Shown piece after piece: positions 9,801-21,058 of a DNA stretch of 32,373 nucleotides (its first letter is position 1; every line of letters begins with the position of its first letter). The stretch covers positions 124,706,998 through 124,739,370 of the forward strand of contig NC_068982.1 of NCBI RefSeq assembly GCF_001194135.2, written 5' to 3'. The notes below the pieces were generated by a model. It had not been told where the DNA came from, searched no databases, and was given only the letters and a program-made list of their open reading frames with translations. Position numbers and translations under genes: made by a program. The DNA is from Octopus bimaculoides. Lineage: Eukaryota.

Positions 9801-10433
9801 TAGGCATGTGCGTGATTGAAAATATTCGTGACTGATTGAATAACTTGCCATTAAGTAACATTACATGAATGCATAGCAAAAATTTAAAGCGGTTTTAGTG
9901 GCTGAAATTTCAATATACATATATAAGGCATTCTAACTCCAGATGATAATGCTTTGTTTAAAGAAACTGTAAATTAGCACGATATAGAACGCACTAAATA
10001 CAGTTCACTGAATAACTAGACCACTGGTTCACGTATATGTTTGACATTGAGGTGCACCGGAAGTCAAATATAATCTTATTTGTGCACTTTGCAAGCAGCC
10101 TTAATACGCTATCATATTTCTAATGAGCTATACAGCCTTTGTTATACATTAAACTTTAAAATAATTAGGTATTTAGTAAACTAACTTCAGCACTGTTAAG
10201 CTGGTTTTTAGAACATGAATTAACATGAAATTCTGATGAAAGTTTTTAATTGATATCACTTTGTATGTATGTATGTATGTATGTATGTGCAGATTTGTAT
10301 ATTTTATGTGTGTATTCTCATGCATATAGTTGCATATCTAGACATGCTCATATATATTTAAATGATAAACTTCTGGAAAGTTTTAGTATGTTTGTATGTA
10401 TGTATGTATGCATGTATGTATGTATGTATATGG

Positions 10434-10658
10434 GAGGCGGCAAGCTGACAAAATTATTAGCACGCCGGACAAAATGCTTATCGACATTTTGTCCGCTCCA
10501 ACTTTACGTTCTGAGTCCAAAATTCCGCCGAGATCAACTTCACCATTCATCATTCGGGATTGATAAAAAATATGTACCAGGTGAGTACTGGGGTCGATGT
10601 AACCGACTTACCTTCGTTGAAATTTCTGGACTTGCGCCAAATTTTGAAAGCAACATAT
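10434..10658 (+). mobile_element. SINE family A copy
   Basis: AGGCGGCAAGCTGACAAAA...GAGTCCAAAATTCCGCCGAG...GTACTGGGGTCGATG. Confidence 0.85.
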
Positions 10659-10666
10659 GAATACGT

Positions 10667-10852
10667 TGGCAGCGAGCTGGCAGAATCGTTAGCAAGGCGG
10701 ATAAAATGAGTTCAAATTCCGCCGAGGCCGATTTTACTATTCTACCTTTCGGGCTCGATAAAATAAGTACCAGTTGAGGACTGGGGGGTCGATCTAATAG
10801 ACTTCCCTATTTCTCAAAATCGCTGGTCTCATGCCAAACTAAGTAAGCAAAA
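10667..10852 (+). mobile_element. SINE family A copy with internal deletion, tandem to the previous copy
   Basis: GGCAGCGAGCTGGCAGAATCGTTAGC...GAGTTCAAATTCCGCCGAGG; the segment between the A and B boxes is missing. Confidence 0.85.
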
Positions 10853-10929
10853 TATGTATGTGTGTGAGCGTATCTATGTATCTGTGTAAGTATATGTGCG
10901 TGTGTATATCTTCGTTTATGTGTTTGCTT

Positions 10930-11066
10930 TCGACAGGCGTTGGTTTGTCTAAGTACCGGTCCTAAAATAAACACTGGTGGGGGCGATTTAATCGACTAAG
11001 TCCTTCAAGGCGCTGCTACAGCATGACCACAGTCCAACGACTGAGACAATCAAAAGAATAAAAGAA
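10930..11066 (+). mobile_element. SINE family B 3' fragment
   Basis: CAAGGCGCTGCTACAGCATGACCACAGTCCAACGACTGAGACAATCAAAAGAATAAAAGAA tail. Confidence 0.7.
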
Positions 11067-11107
11067 CATAACATAATGTATCTTTGCTTGAACATAGAAA
11101 ATTGTAT

Positions 11108-11568
11108 CCGTGCCGGTGCAGTATGTAGTCTATCATACATGCCACTGTGATCTACAGCAACTTAAATCTAGACTAGCTTGTGATCTACATTCAAAATTTT
11201 GTCATAGATTTGCAATTATAATTAGAAAAGTGAGTTAAGCATTTTTAAAAATAAAAATTTTTATTGATTTTTATTTCATACTGGAAACATGACTACTGTG
11301 AATATTTAGCGACGGAGAAATTCTAGTGCAGCTTCTTCATCTCGAATAACCTGTTTGTAAATTTTTTTTTGCTCTCACCACGACTTCTTTCAATGGGCTC
11401 AGAATTAAAGTGTTTAAATCATAAAAGTCTTTTTTTTTTTTTGGTTTATATACCAATCCAACCAGAAGTCGAGTAAATGGGTGAATTTTAAATGTAAATC
11501 AAAAAGTCGGTGTAGATCACAAGCTATACCAGAAACATGTCTGTAGATCGCACACTACACCGGCACCG
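11108..11568. mobile_element. MITE-like element with degenerate terminal inverted repeats
   Basis: Left end CCGTGCCGGTGCAGTATG...TGATCTACAG...TAGCTTGTGATCTACA matches the reverse complement of the right end CGGTGCCGGTGTAGTGTGCGATCTACAG...TAGCTTGTGATCTACA. AT-rich interior. Flanks are TTGTAT and TTGTAC. Confidence 0.6.
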
Positions 11569-11837
11569 TTGTACTTAATGTAAAGTTAGTTTGAACAAAT
11601 TGTTAGATAGTTTTGTATCTCATGATAAAGCACTCATCTAAATCAGAGAAGTTCTAAATTTAAGTGATACGGTAATTTACAAATATGAAAGGCTTGGCAA
11701 GAAGCATCAAAAGTTAATAGAACTTCTATGTTATTTTCCCCATTAGCTTTCGTTTATATTTGGGTAATGAAATGATTGGTCTTGTTTACACAAATACAAC
11801 TGGACACCCACGCATTTTCAACAGACATTAAGTGATT

Positions 11838-11883
11838 ACTCACACACACGCACACGTACACACACACACACACACGTACACAC

Positions 11884-11974
<91 letters not shown>

Positions 11975-12373
11975 CACACACACACAAACACACACACGTG
12001 CCTGCATATATATATGTTTATATAAATATGTATATGTAAATGTATGTGTTTATGTATGTGTGTGTGTGTAGATAGATATAGATGTAGATATATAGGTAGA
12101 TAGATAAATATATGTATATATAGACATATATGTATATATGCATGTATGTTTGTGTGTATGTATCGTGTCTGTATATACATGCATACGTACATACATACAT
12201 ACATACATACATACATACATGCATACATACACACACATATACACACATACATATTAATGTGCACGTACGCGTTGTGTTTGTGTATGTATGTATGTACCTA
12301 TATGTATATGTTTGTGTTAGCTGAAAAAAACCATCAAGTACAGACGGAATTATTAATAATGACGAGCCAAAAA

Positions 12374-12410
<37 letters not shown>

Positions 12411-12445
12411 CATAATAATCATAATCATGATAATAATAATAATCA
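11838..12445. repeat. Long (CA)n, (TACA)n and (ATA/ATC)n microsatellite block
   Basis: About 160 bp of near-pure (CA)n at 11838-11997, followed by TA/TACA repeats and (AAT)n. Confidence 0.95.
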
Positions 12446-12835
12446 AGTGAGAGGTGGAACGGGTGGAACGGGTAGGGAGGGCTTGAATGGAAATAGCAAG
12501 ATAAATTTAACGACGCTGTAAAATATTTTTGCCAGTCTGCTGAATCGAGTATTTCTCTGAGGCCTATGAATTATAGATATAAAGATAGCAAAAACAACAA
12601 CATAACAGCGTGGTTATTTATACTGGCCATTACGTTACATACCTGTACTTATATAAGCAGAAATCGGCACGCACTAATTTATACATACTAGGCATACATA
12701 CGTTTGTAATACATTCATACGCATACGCGCGCACATGTTCACACATGCAGAGAGACAGACAGACAGACAGACACACACACACACACACAAACATACATAT
12801 ATATATATATATCCATGTAAGTACGCGTGTGTGCG

Positions 12836-12869
<34 letters not shown>

Positions 12870-13246
12870 ATCGTGGCACTCTGTCGGTTACAACGACGAG
12901 GGTTCCAGTTAATCCGATCAACGGAACAGTCTGCTCGTGCAAGTGACTGAGCACTCCACAGACACGTGGACCTTTAAACGTAGTTCTCGGGGAGATTCAG
13001 CGTGACACAGAGTGTGACAAGGCTGGCCCTTTGAAATACAGGTACAACAGGAACAGGAAGAAAGAGTGAGAGAAAGCTGTGGTGAGTACAGCAGGGTTCG
13101 CCCCTCCCACACACACACACACCTGCCGAAGCCTCGTGGGGTTTTAGGTGTTTTCACTCAATAAACATTTACAACGCCCGGTCTGGAAATCGAAACTACG
13201 ATCCTACGACCGTGAGTCCGCTGCCCGAACCACTGGGCCATTACGC
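12870..13246 (-). mobile_element. tRNA-headed SINE family C, full copy
   Basis: Reverse complement starts GCGTAATGGCCCAGTGGTTCGGGCAGCGG...GTTTCGATTTCC (A and B boxes) and ends GTAACCGACAGAGTGCCACG next to a (TA)n tract. Confidence 0.85.
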
Positions 13247-13251
13247 ATATG

Positions 13252-13254
13252 TAC

Positions 13255-13300
<46 letters not shown>

Positions 13301-13340
13301 TTAAAGATAGGTAGATAGGTTGATAGATAGATAAATAGAT
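13252..13340. repeat. (ATCT)n / (AGAT)n microsatellite
   Basis: Directly visible. Confidence 0.9.
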
Positions 13341-13438
13341 ATTGATATTGCTATATGTACATAAATGTTTTTATGTCGCGTTATATGTAAAAATAATTTA
13401 GCATTAAACTGAAGACCTGCTGAATATTTTTTGGCAGA

Positions 13439-13480
<42 letters not shown>

Positions 13481-13507
13481 GCATGACATACATACAAACA
13501 TACATGC

Positions 13508-13544
<37 letters not shown>

Positions 13545-14315
13545 NNNNNNNNNNNNNNNNNNNNNNNNNNNNNNNNNNNNNNNNNNNNNNNNNNNNNNNN
13601 NNNNNNNNNNNNNNNNNNNNNNNNNNNNNNNNNNNNNNNNNNNNNNNNNNNNNNNNNNNNNNNNNNNNNNNNNNNNNNNNNNNNNNNNNNNNNNNNNNNN
13701 NNNNNNNNNNNNNNNNNNNNNNNNNNNNNNNNNNNNNNNNNNNNNNNNNNNNNNNNNNNNNNNNNNNNNNNNNNNNNNNNNNNNNNNNNNNNNNNNNNNN
13801 NNNNNNNNNNNNNNNNNNNNNNNNNNNNNNNNNNNNNNNNNNNNNNNNNNNNNNNNNNNNNNNNNNNNNNNNNNNNNNNNNNNNNNNNNNNNNNNNNNNN
13901 NNNNNNNNNNNNNNNNNNNNNNNNNNNNNNNNNNNNNNNNNNNNNNNNNNNNNNNNNNNNNNNNNNNNNNNNNNNNNNNNNNNNNNNNNNNNNNNNNNNN
14001 NNNNNNNNNNNNNNNNNNNNNNNNNNNNNNNNNNNNNNNNNNNNNNNNNNNNNNNNNNNNNNNNNNNNNNNNNNNNNNNNNNNNNNNNNNNNNNNNNNCC
14101 AGACAGCTGGATTACACAAAAAAGGAGGCAACAAAACATCCAGACAGATGATATAAAAAAGGGAGCAGAAAAAACACTGATGGGTCATTCGAAGTTTTCT
14201 TTCCTCAGTCGAGTTCCAGATTATCTTTGCAATTTCGGCTGGTTATACTCGAGATTGCGCCAATCTGGCCAGCCCCAAGGAAAAACTAAGCTATGAGCAC
14301 TAGATTCCTTGGAAG

Positions 14316-15236
14316 AAAGTAGCGAATGTATACGAAAAGAAGGACGAAAAAAAAAAACCGAGAAATGGTACACAAATACAAATGTATATAACAAAACATA
14401 ACATCAAGTATCTTTCGACTAAGGATGAATTGAATTAAGCTGGCGGGTGTGGAAGTGAAACCTTACGGCAGGGACATAAGATATGACAGGCATGGTGAGG
14501 AATATAGATGTTGCACGGATGGCAGTCGAACCAAGAAATAACGGTCAGGCTTGGCCGAACACCGGTCACGTCGAGAGACAGGAAAGAGGTAGAGACAGAG
14601 GGACAGAAGAATTAGGGAGGGACGAGAAAAAAGAAAAGGGACAGAGTGAAGTGAAGGAGGAGGAAAGGTGAGAATGAAGAGAAAGCCAGGAAATGTGAGA
14701 GAGTGGAAACGAACGAAAGAAGAGTGGAAAGAACGAAGTAAGTGTGAAGGGGCTGATAGAAAGAAAGAAAGAATGAAAGTCGTACAAAATTTAGACATAT
14801 ATANNNNNNNNNNNNNNNNNNNNNNNNNNNNNNNNNNNNNNNNNNNNNNNNNNNNNNNNNNNNNNNNNNNNNNNNNNNNNNNNNNNNNNNNNNNNNNNNN
14901 NNNNNNNNNTATATATATACACTTACATATAAGAGACCAAAGTGTACGTACACCGCAATATGTATATAAAAAGGAATACAAAAAATTGGACAAGAACGCA
15001 AGGCCAAGCCTGACCTTTCTTTCTTGGTTCGACTACCAGCCGTGCAACATCTATATTCCTCACCATGCCTCTCATATCTTATGTCCCTGTCGTAAGGCTT
15101 CACTTCCATACACGCCAGCTTAATTCAATTCGTCCTTAGTCGAAAGACACCTGATGTTATGTCCTGTTACCTGCATTTGTATTTGTGTACCATTTCTCTG
15201 TTTTTTTTTCGTCCTTCTTTTCATATACATTCGCTG

Positions 15237-15240
<4 letters not shown>
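14316..15240. repeat. Long inverted repeat: arms 14316-14556 and 15002-15240, 445-bp spacer including a gap
   Basis: Manual alignment gives ~20 substitutions plus one 2-nt indel over ~240 bp (~91% identity). The right arm abuts (TA)n. Confidence 0.9.
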
Positions 15241-15272
<32 letters not shown>

Positions 15273-15986
15273 AAAGTTTTAAATTTTTACATTTAAGAGA
15301 GAGATTTGACGCTAATATCCATATCAATGTTATTTATTCCTATGTCAACATTTCTGTATAAAGCTATGTTTGACCGTCAAGCTTAAGTCAAACATATAAG
15401 TTGTCATACATGTCTTCGGGGAATAATCTTTTAGAACAAACAAACAATAAATAAATCAAACAAANNNNNNNNNNNNNNNNNNNNNNNNNNNNNNNNNNNN
15501 NNNNNNNNNNNNNNNNNNNNNNNNNNNNNNNNNNNNNNNNNNNNNNNNNNNNNNNNNNNNNNNNTATGTGTGTATGTATGTATATATGTATGTATGTATG
15601 TATGTGTGTATGTACGTATGCATGTATACCACGCACATAAGCAAGTATATATCAAAGAATTTGTATTTTTGGAAGCAACAGTTTAAATTAGAAGTAAAAT
15701 ACTGACTGAAACGGAATTAATGCGTTTCCAAATGCATACTGTGCAATGTAGATAACCGAAACCGTTTATTGTGATCACTCTGGTATAAAACCGTATTTAT
15801 AGTGATAATAATATCCGGCCGATCATATAAGGCAAGGGATATAACGTTATCTGGGCATTGGATTAGGAAAGGAGATTTTAAGTATTTTTAAATAGCTTTA
15901 AATAAAGGATCTATTACTTTTGATCTAAATAACTGCTTGATAACTTTATCTCTCATTATAATAAACAACTTCCTGTGTACACACAG

Positions 15987-16043
<57 letters not shown>

Positions 16044-16087
16044 CACATACAATATATATATATATAAATGTATGTATGTTTGTGTAC

Positions 16088-16138
<51 letters not shown>

Positions 16139-16329
16139 GGCATATATACACACGGTAGAAAACCTCTCGTTTTTCGACAATTCGTTCCGGATTAATAAAA
16201 ATGGTAATGGAGCAGTTTGATGTCGCTGGGTTGTCGATAGTTTGAGCTGTATATGAGGATTATCATTGCTGCCCGTTTAGGTTTTTAGCAAAACACTGGC
16301 TTGCCTTATGCTTACTCTTTCTACTAAGT

Positions 16330-16830
16330 GTATCTTCCGGGCCATCGCCGCTGGATGATCTGCGGGAGTTTTGCATTTCTTTTATCCTCTGTGTTTCACT
16401 TTATGTTTATCTTCCCGAACGTTCCTCTGGTTTTATAGACGTATGTCTTACCCATTTCTACTTACGTTTCGTTAAATGTTGACCAAAGGGATCCATTTGG
16501 CTTTGGCCTAGTGTTTTGGTTACTCACAATTCCTGAGTACCTAAAGCCGAGGACTTATCTTAAGCATCTGTTACTGATTGATTCGCACTTTCTGATGACA
16601 TTTGTGTTCATTCGTCATGACACAATCCCAAATACTAGGATGCTTTTGATATTATTGAAAATTCTCATTTTAACACCTTTCGATAGTGCCTTTGCTTTTC
16701 AGACAAGCTCTAAAATGTTGCAGGTTTTATCCACTTTTCCAAATCTAGCTCTGATATCCTCGGCCGTATCTCCAGTCGCGGACATCACGCTTTCTAAACA
16801 CATTTCCTCCTAGAAATGTATCTTGGATGT
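16330..16830 (-). pseudogene. Decayed RTE-clade LINE, ORF C-terminal fragment
   Basis: Minus translation with stops and shifts: FLGGNV..TGDTAEDIRARFGKVDKTCNILELV*KAKALSKGVKMRIFNNIKSILVFG..CLR*VLGFRY..RK*KWVRHTSIKP. This resembles the RTE motifs DIKARLGKA..KIRIFNSNVKSVLLYG..RWIGHTLRKP. Confidence 0.75.
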
Positions 16831-16869
16831 TCGGTGTCCGATTTTGACTATGACAGAGATGGGATATCG

Positions 16870-17990
16870 TTTTTGAATTTTAATTATTATAGAAACGTTC
16901 GTTCTAGATTCTATATAGAAGGAATTTCTTACTTTAAGGGCAGGAATTTATGGAATTGGTAGATTGTTAGCTCCTCGGGATATGGTCATGAAGTAAAGAG
17001 ATTTTGTAAATATTTAGTAAGGTTCTTCAGAAGCATTACGATGGAAACTGATCATAGTATGGTAAATTTTATTGGGCTCATTTTAGATTTATGGCGAGTA
17101 AATCCTTCTTTATTGGAAGCCGAACGAAAATTTTTTTCACACTAGCAATTACTCTAATCATTCGTCAGGTATTTTCCGGAATATAAGTTCCAAGTAAGCA
17201 TATCTTTTAACTAATCCTTTTACACGGTCTCGTCTTATTTTAACGAGGCGCAATTAAATACTGTTTTTCTTTCAGATCAGATCATTTATATATCTACTTC
17301 TTAGAGCTCTGGGAATTGAAAAGAACCTCATTAATCTAACTTTCACCCTTAAAGTAAAGTCTAATTTTGCTAGGAAATTTCTAAATTTAATATCTCTTCT
17401 AATTATAAATTTAATAACTATTCTAATTGCAAAATATTTGTCTCTTCTGTTTGCCAATACAATACTAAATAGAGGCTCTCAGGTGAAAATAATAATATTT
17501 GTAAGTACGAGTCCCAACAACCGTTGCTTCGGTGGTAGTTGCTTAGCCAAAATGAAAGTATATTGCCAAGAATAGATTAACGACAGTCGAATGTACGAAG
17601 CGTACTCGAAATTAACGGGAAATAAATTTAAGTATCTGGATAAAAGTTGTTTCTTTTTCATGCGGATGTATAAATATATTTGGAGCAAAGTTCTTTTAAG
17701 ATTCACAGGTCTGTTTTAGAAAATACGAATCCGTATAAACAAGATTCTGACAAAAACTTCGGATAGATATTTATTGAGTTTGAACCAGAAATTCTTCATT
17801 CTCTCTTCAGAATGAATTTACTTTCAACCAAAATTATTAAATTCTTGTAGTCACGCATCGATGTTCTTGCTCTCTAACCTTTTACCCCATATTGGGGTAT
17901 ATACTCTGAATTTTCTTTCTGCATAAAATAGAATTACCACCATTATGAACATTTCGACTATTCTGTTATCTGCTTCCTGACTGTTTTCAA
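16870..17990 (-). pseudogene. Decayed L1/Tx1-like LINE reverse transcriptase (late RT motifs plus thumb)
   Basis: ORFs 17479-17706 and 17272-17457 are one frame split by a single TGA; 6 stops in ~224 codons of AT-rich DNA. Motif order ILFYAER / LQEFNNF / FKLNKYLSEV / IYLYI / RYLNLF / RLSLIYS / LPP-14aa-FT* resembles YADD / LKINKEKSEI / YLGI / KQLNLW / RVLLINS / LPPP...FIW. Matched from memory only. Confidence 0.5.
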
Positions 17991-18296
17991 TGCTCGTTTT
18001 CCTTTCTTTCTTGCTTTCTTTTTTACTTCCCTTTTTTTTTTACATCTTGTATTCATCGTTTCCTCTGAATCACTTCTTCCACAGTATAACTTTTTCGTGA
18101 CCTACTCATAAAAATACATATTCATGCACGCATGTATCTGTGTATATGTATGTGTGTATGTACGTACGTACGTACGTATGCATGTATGTATGTGCGTGTG
18201 TATGTATATTTTAATGTATTATGTATGTATGTGTATATATATGCATGTGTGTATATGTTTATATGCACATATATAAATGCATGTATATATATGTAA

Positions 18297-18354
<58 letters not shown>

Positions 18355-19284
18355 NNNNNNNNNNNNNNNNNNNNNNNNNNNNNNNNNNNNNNNNNNNNNN
18401 NNNNNNNNNNNNNNNNNNNNNNNNNNNNNNNNNNNNNNNNNNNNNNNNNNNNNNNNNNNNNNNNNNNNNNNNNNNNNNNNNNNNNNNNNNNNNNNNNNNN
18501 NNNNNNNNNNNNNNNNNNNNNNNNNNNNNNNNNNNNNNNNNNNNNNNNNNNNNNNNNNNNNNNNNNNNNNNNNNNNNNNNNNNNNNNNNNNNNNNNNNNN
18601 NNNNNNNNNNNNNNNNNNNNNNNNNNNNNNNNNNNNNNNNNNNNNNNNNNNNNNNNNNNNNNNNNNNNNNNNNNNNNNNNNNNNNNNNNNNNNNNNNNNN
18701 NNNNNNNNNNNNNNNNNNNNNNNNNNNNNNNNNNNNNNNNNNNNNNNNNNNNNNNNNNNNNNNNNNNNNNNNNNNNNNNNNNNNNNNNNNNNNNNNNNNN
18801 NNNNNNNNNNNNNNNNNNNNNNNNNNNNNNNNNNNNNNNNNNNNNNNNNNNNNNNNNNNNNNNNNNNNNNNNNNNNNNNNNNNNNNNNNNNNNNNNNNNN
18901 NNNNNNNNNNNNNNNNNNNNNNNNNNNNNNNNNNNNNNNNNNNNNNNNNNNNNNNNNNNNNNNNNNNNNNNNNNNNNNNNNNNNNNNNNNNNNNNNNNNN
19001 NNNNNNNNNNNNNNNNNNNNNNNNNNNNNNNNNNNNNNNNNNNNNNNNNNNNNNNNNNNNNNNNNNNNNNNNNNNNNNNNNNNNNNNNNNNNTATATATA
19101 TATATATATATATATATATGAGCGTGTGTGAATGTATCTGTGTGTGTTTGTGTTTATGTGTGCGTTTGTCCTGAAAGGTTTATCCCGTATTGGAAATATA
19201 TTCTGATTTATACGATATTGATTTCAGTTTTCATACCTCCAGAGTCGATAATGTTATAAAATGTATGGACCAATTACTTTGACT

Positions 19285-19436
19285 CTAGATCTCTGTCTCT
19301 TTCTCTGTCTCCCTTCTTCTCCCTCTCTCTGTCTCGCAGTCTCTCTGTTTCTCTCTCCCTGTCTCTATCCCTGTCTTCACTCAGTCTTCTATCTGTCTGT
19401 CTGTTTGTCTGTCTGCCTGTCTCTGTCTGTCTGTCT

Positions 19437-19467
<31 letters not shown>

Positions 19468-19505
19468 CCTCCTCTCTCACTCTCTCTCTCTCTCTCTCTC
19501 TCTCT
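19285..19505. repeat. Pyrimidine-rich (CT)n / (GTCT)n tract
   Basis: Directly visible. Confidence 0.9.
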
Positions 19506-19627
19506 AATGACAGATATTGGTTTAGAGCATGTATCTGTAGACAAGAGCTGAAACAAACCAGCTGATAATATAGATTTAGAGTGACGATATTGACTTCTAT
19601 TTCTGACCTAGTCATAGGAGAGAACGT

Positions 19628-19740
19628 GCGTGGCTTAGTGGTTAGGGTTGTCCAGCTCATGTTCTTTAGGTTGTGGCTTCGATTCTCAGCCCAGACAGCA
19701 CTTTGTGTCCTTCGACAAATTATTTCATTTTATGTAGCTT
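19628..19740 (+). mobile_element. SINE family D 5' fragment
   Basis: CGTGGCTTAGTGGTTAGGG...GGCTTCGATTCTC tRNA-like head; matches the reverse complement of 20950-21058. Confidence 0.6.
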
Positions 19741-20432
19741 CCTGCTAAATTCTACTCAACCCATCACTGTACCTTCTGCACCAATTATACAGTTTTGTTT
19801 CACTGAATGCAATTTCTTCTCGGGAAAATATATCAACTGTATTAAAATGTGTATGAGATTTTGTACATTGCGACTGTTGTAACTGCGGATATTTTAGAAG
19901 ACATTAAAGTTGTCTTGCATCTTAAATTGAACTTCCGTTCACACAGCATTACAAATCCTCTTTAGCTTAAATCAGGAAAACTATTTTAAGTTAAACCATA
20001 AAATTGGCTAGGAACCAGGTACCTTTTATGGAAAGTACTAGCGTATTATCTTTATTGGCCACATTCCCCTATTAATGATCATATATAAACTTTGTTTCTA
20101 ATTTCTAAGTTGTTTCTATTGATTTCATAAATCATTAATGAAATCTATGAATAACCACAGAGTGGTTCCCTCGACTAACTTGTTGAACTGCTATTTGATA
20201 CTGGATGCAGGGAACCAACAACAATAGTAGCAATCTGGCGCAGTGCAAAACAACTGCAACAATAACCGAAAATACTTTTTGGTGTGGAGAATGTTATATT
20301 ATGTAACAGGAAATGAAGTGCTTAACAAAATATTTGTGTGGATTCCATTTCTACTTACATCATATGGAAATGTTTACTTTGTTTTCACACCAACAAAAGT
20401 GTCTGTCTTTAGTTACATCCCAGTAGGACGTC

Positions 20433-20547
20433 TATCTGTAATTACACCCCGACAGGATTACTTCTTTTACCTGTAATTGTACGACAACAGAAGTTTCTAC
20501 CTGTAATTACACCACAACAGTGTTGTTTACCTGTAATGGAACAACAC
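20433..20547 (+). repeat. Minisatellite, ~30-bp unit, about 4 copies
   Basis: TA(C/T)CTGTAAT...ACAG units start at 20433, 20468, 20498 and 20528. Confidence 0.8.
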
Positions 20548-20808
20548 TAATGATATTCATATCTAATAATATTCTAGATTCGGGTATTATTACTGTTATA
20601 CATATCGACAGGACTGCTCCTAGGGCTGTTGACACCTTGAAAAGCTGAAATGCAGTACCTTGGCATAAATATTCTTTAAAATTTTCACGAAGAGTAAAAA
20701 TTCTAAACGTAAGAATAAAGTATATATTCTAGTTTAATGAATCTAGGAATAAAGTTTTTATTACAATTATAGCATGGAAAGATAGGATAAAAAAAAAACG
20801 TATAAAAA

Positions 20809-21058
20809 TCCTTTCCGAGTCATAGAACCTGTTTCCTGGTTTCTGTGGCGCATATACCCCCATCACCACTACCACCACCACTGGATATATGCTGTCACTG
20901 GATGGAACGCCGGTCTATCATAAGGTTGCTCATTTTTGCCAGGTAAGTGAACTGGAGCAACGTGAAAGGAAGTGTTTTGCTCTAGAACACAACATGTCGT
21001 CCAGTCCAGGAATTGAAACAACAATCTTACGATCATAACTCCAACACCTTAACCACTA
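20809..21058 (-). mobile_element. tRNA-headed SINE family D (CORE-like central domain)
   Basis: Reverse complement reads TTAGTGGTTAAGGTGTTGGAG...GTTTCAATTCCTGG...GTGTTCTAGAGCAAAACACTTCC...CTCCAGTTCACTTACCTGGCAAAAATGAG, which resembles the CORE-SINE core. Confidence 0.7.

Noticed and set aside
14170-14275. Minus-strand CTGAGGA-AAG-AAAA-CTT-CGAA and nearby GAAA-TTGCAA within a CCAGATT/AATCTGG stem
   Set aside because: The elements do not assemble into one valid core (no A15.1-U16.1/UH in the first, no CUGANGA in the second).
15365-15396. Perfect 10-bp hairpin TATGTTTGAC/GTCAAACATA
   Set aside because: It is isolated, next to a gap, with no ribozyme core, terminator context or TE terminus to support a role.
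16900-17470. Minus frame rich in TAA/TAG that reads like ciliate-code (Gln) protein
   Set aside because: It also contains TGA stops and no recognisable motifs. AT-richness and the neighbouring LINE-like frame explain it.
17258-17575. 106-codon hydrophobic plus-strand frame suggesting a NUMT or membrane protein
   Set aside because: No mitochondrial gene motif is recognisable. It shares third positions with the minus LINE-like frame, so it is an expected shadow frame.
20433-20547. CRISPR-like repeat-spacer array
   Set aside because: The context is eukaryotic, the units are homologous along their whole length, and there are no cas genes.
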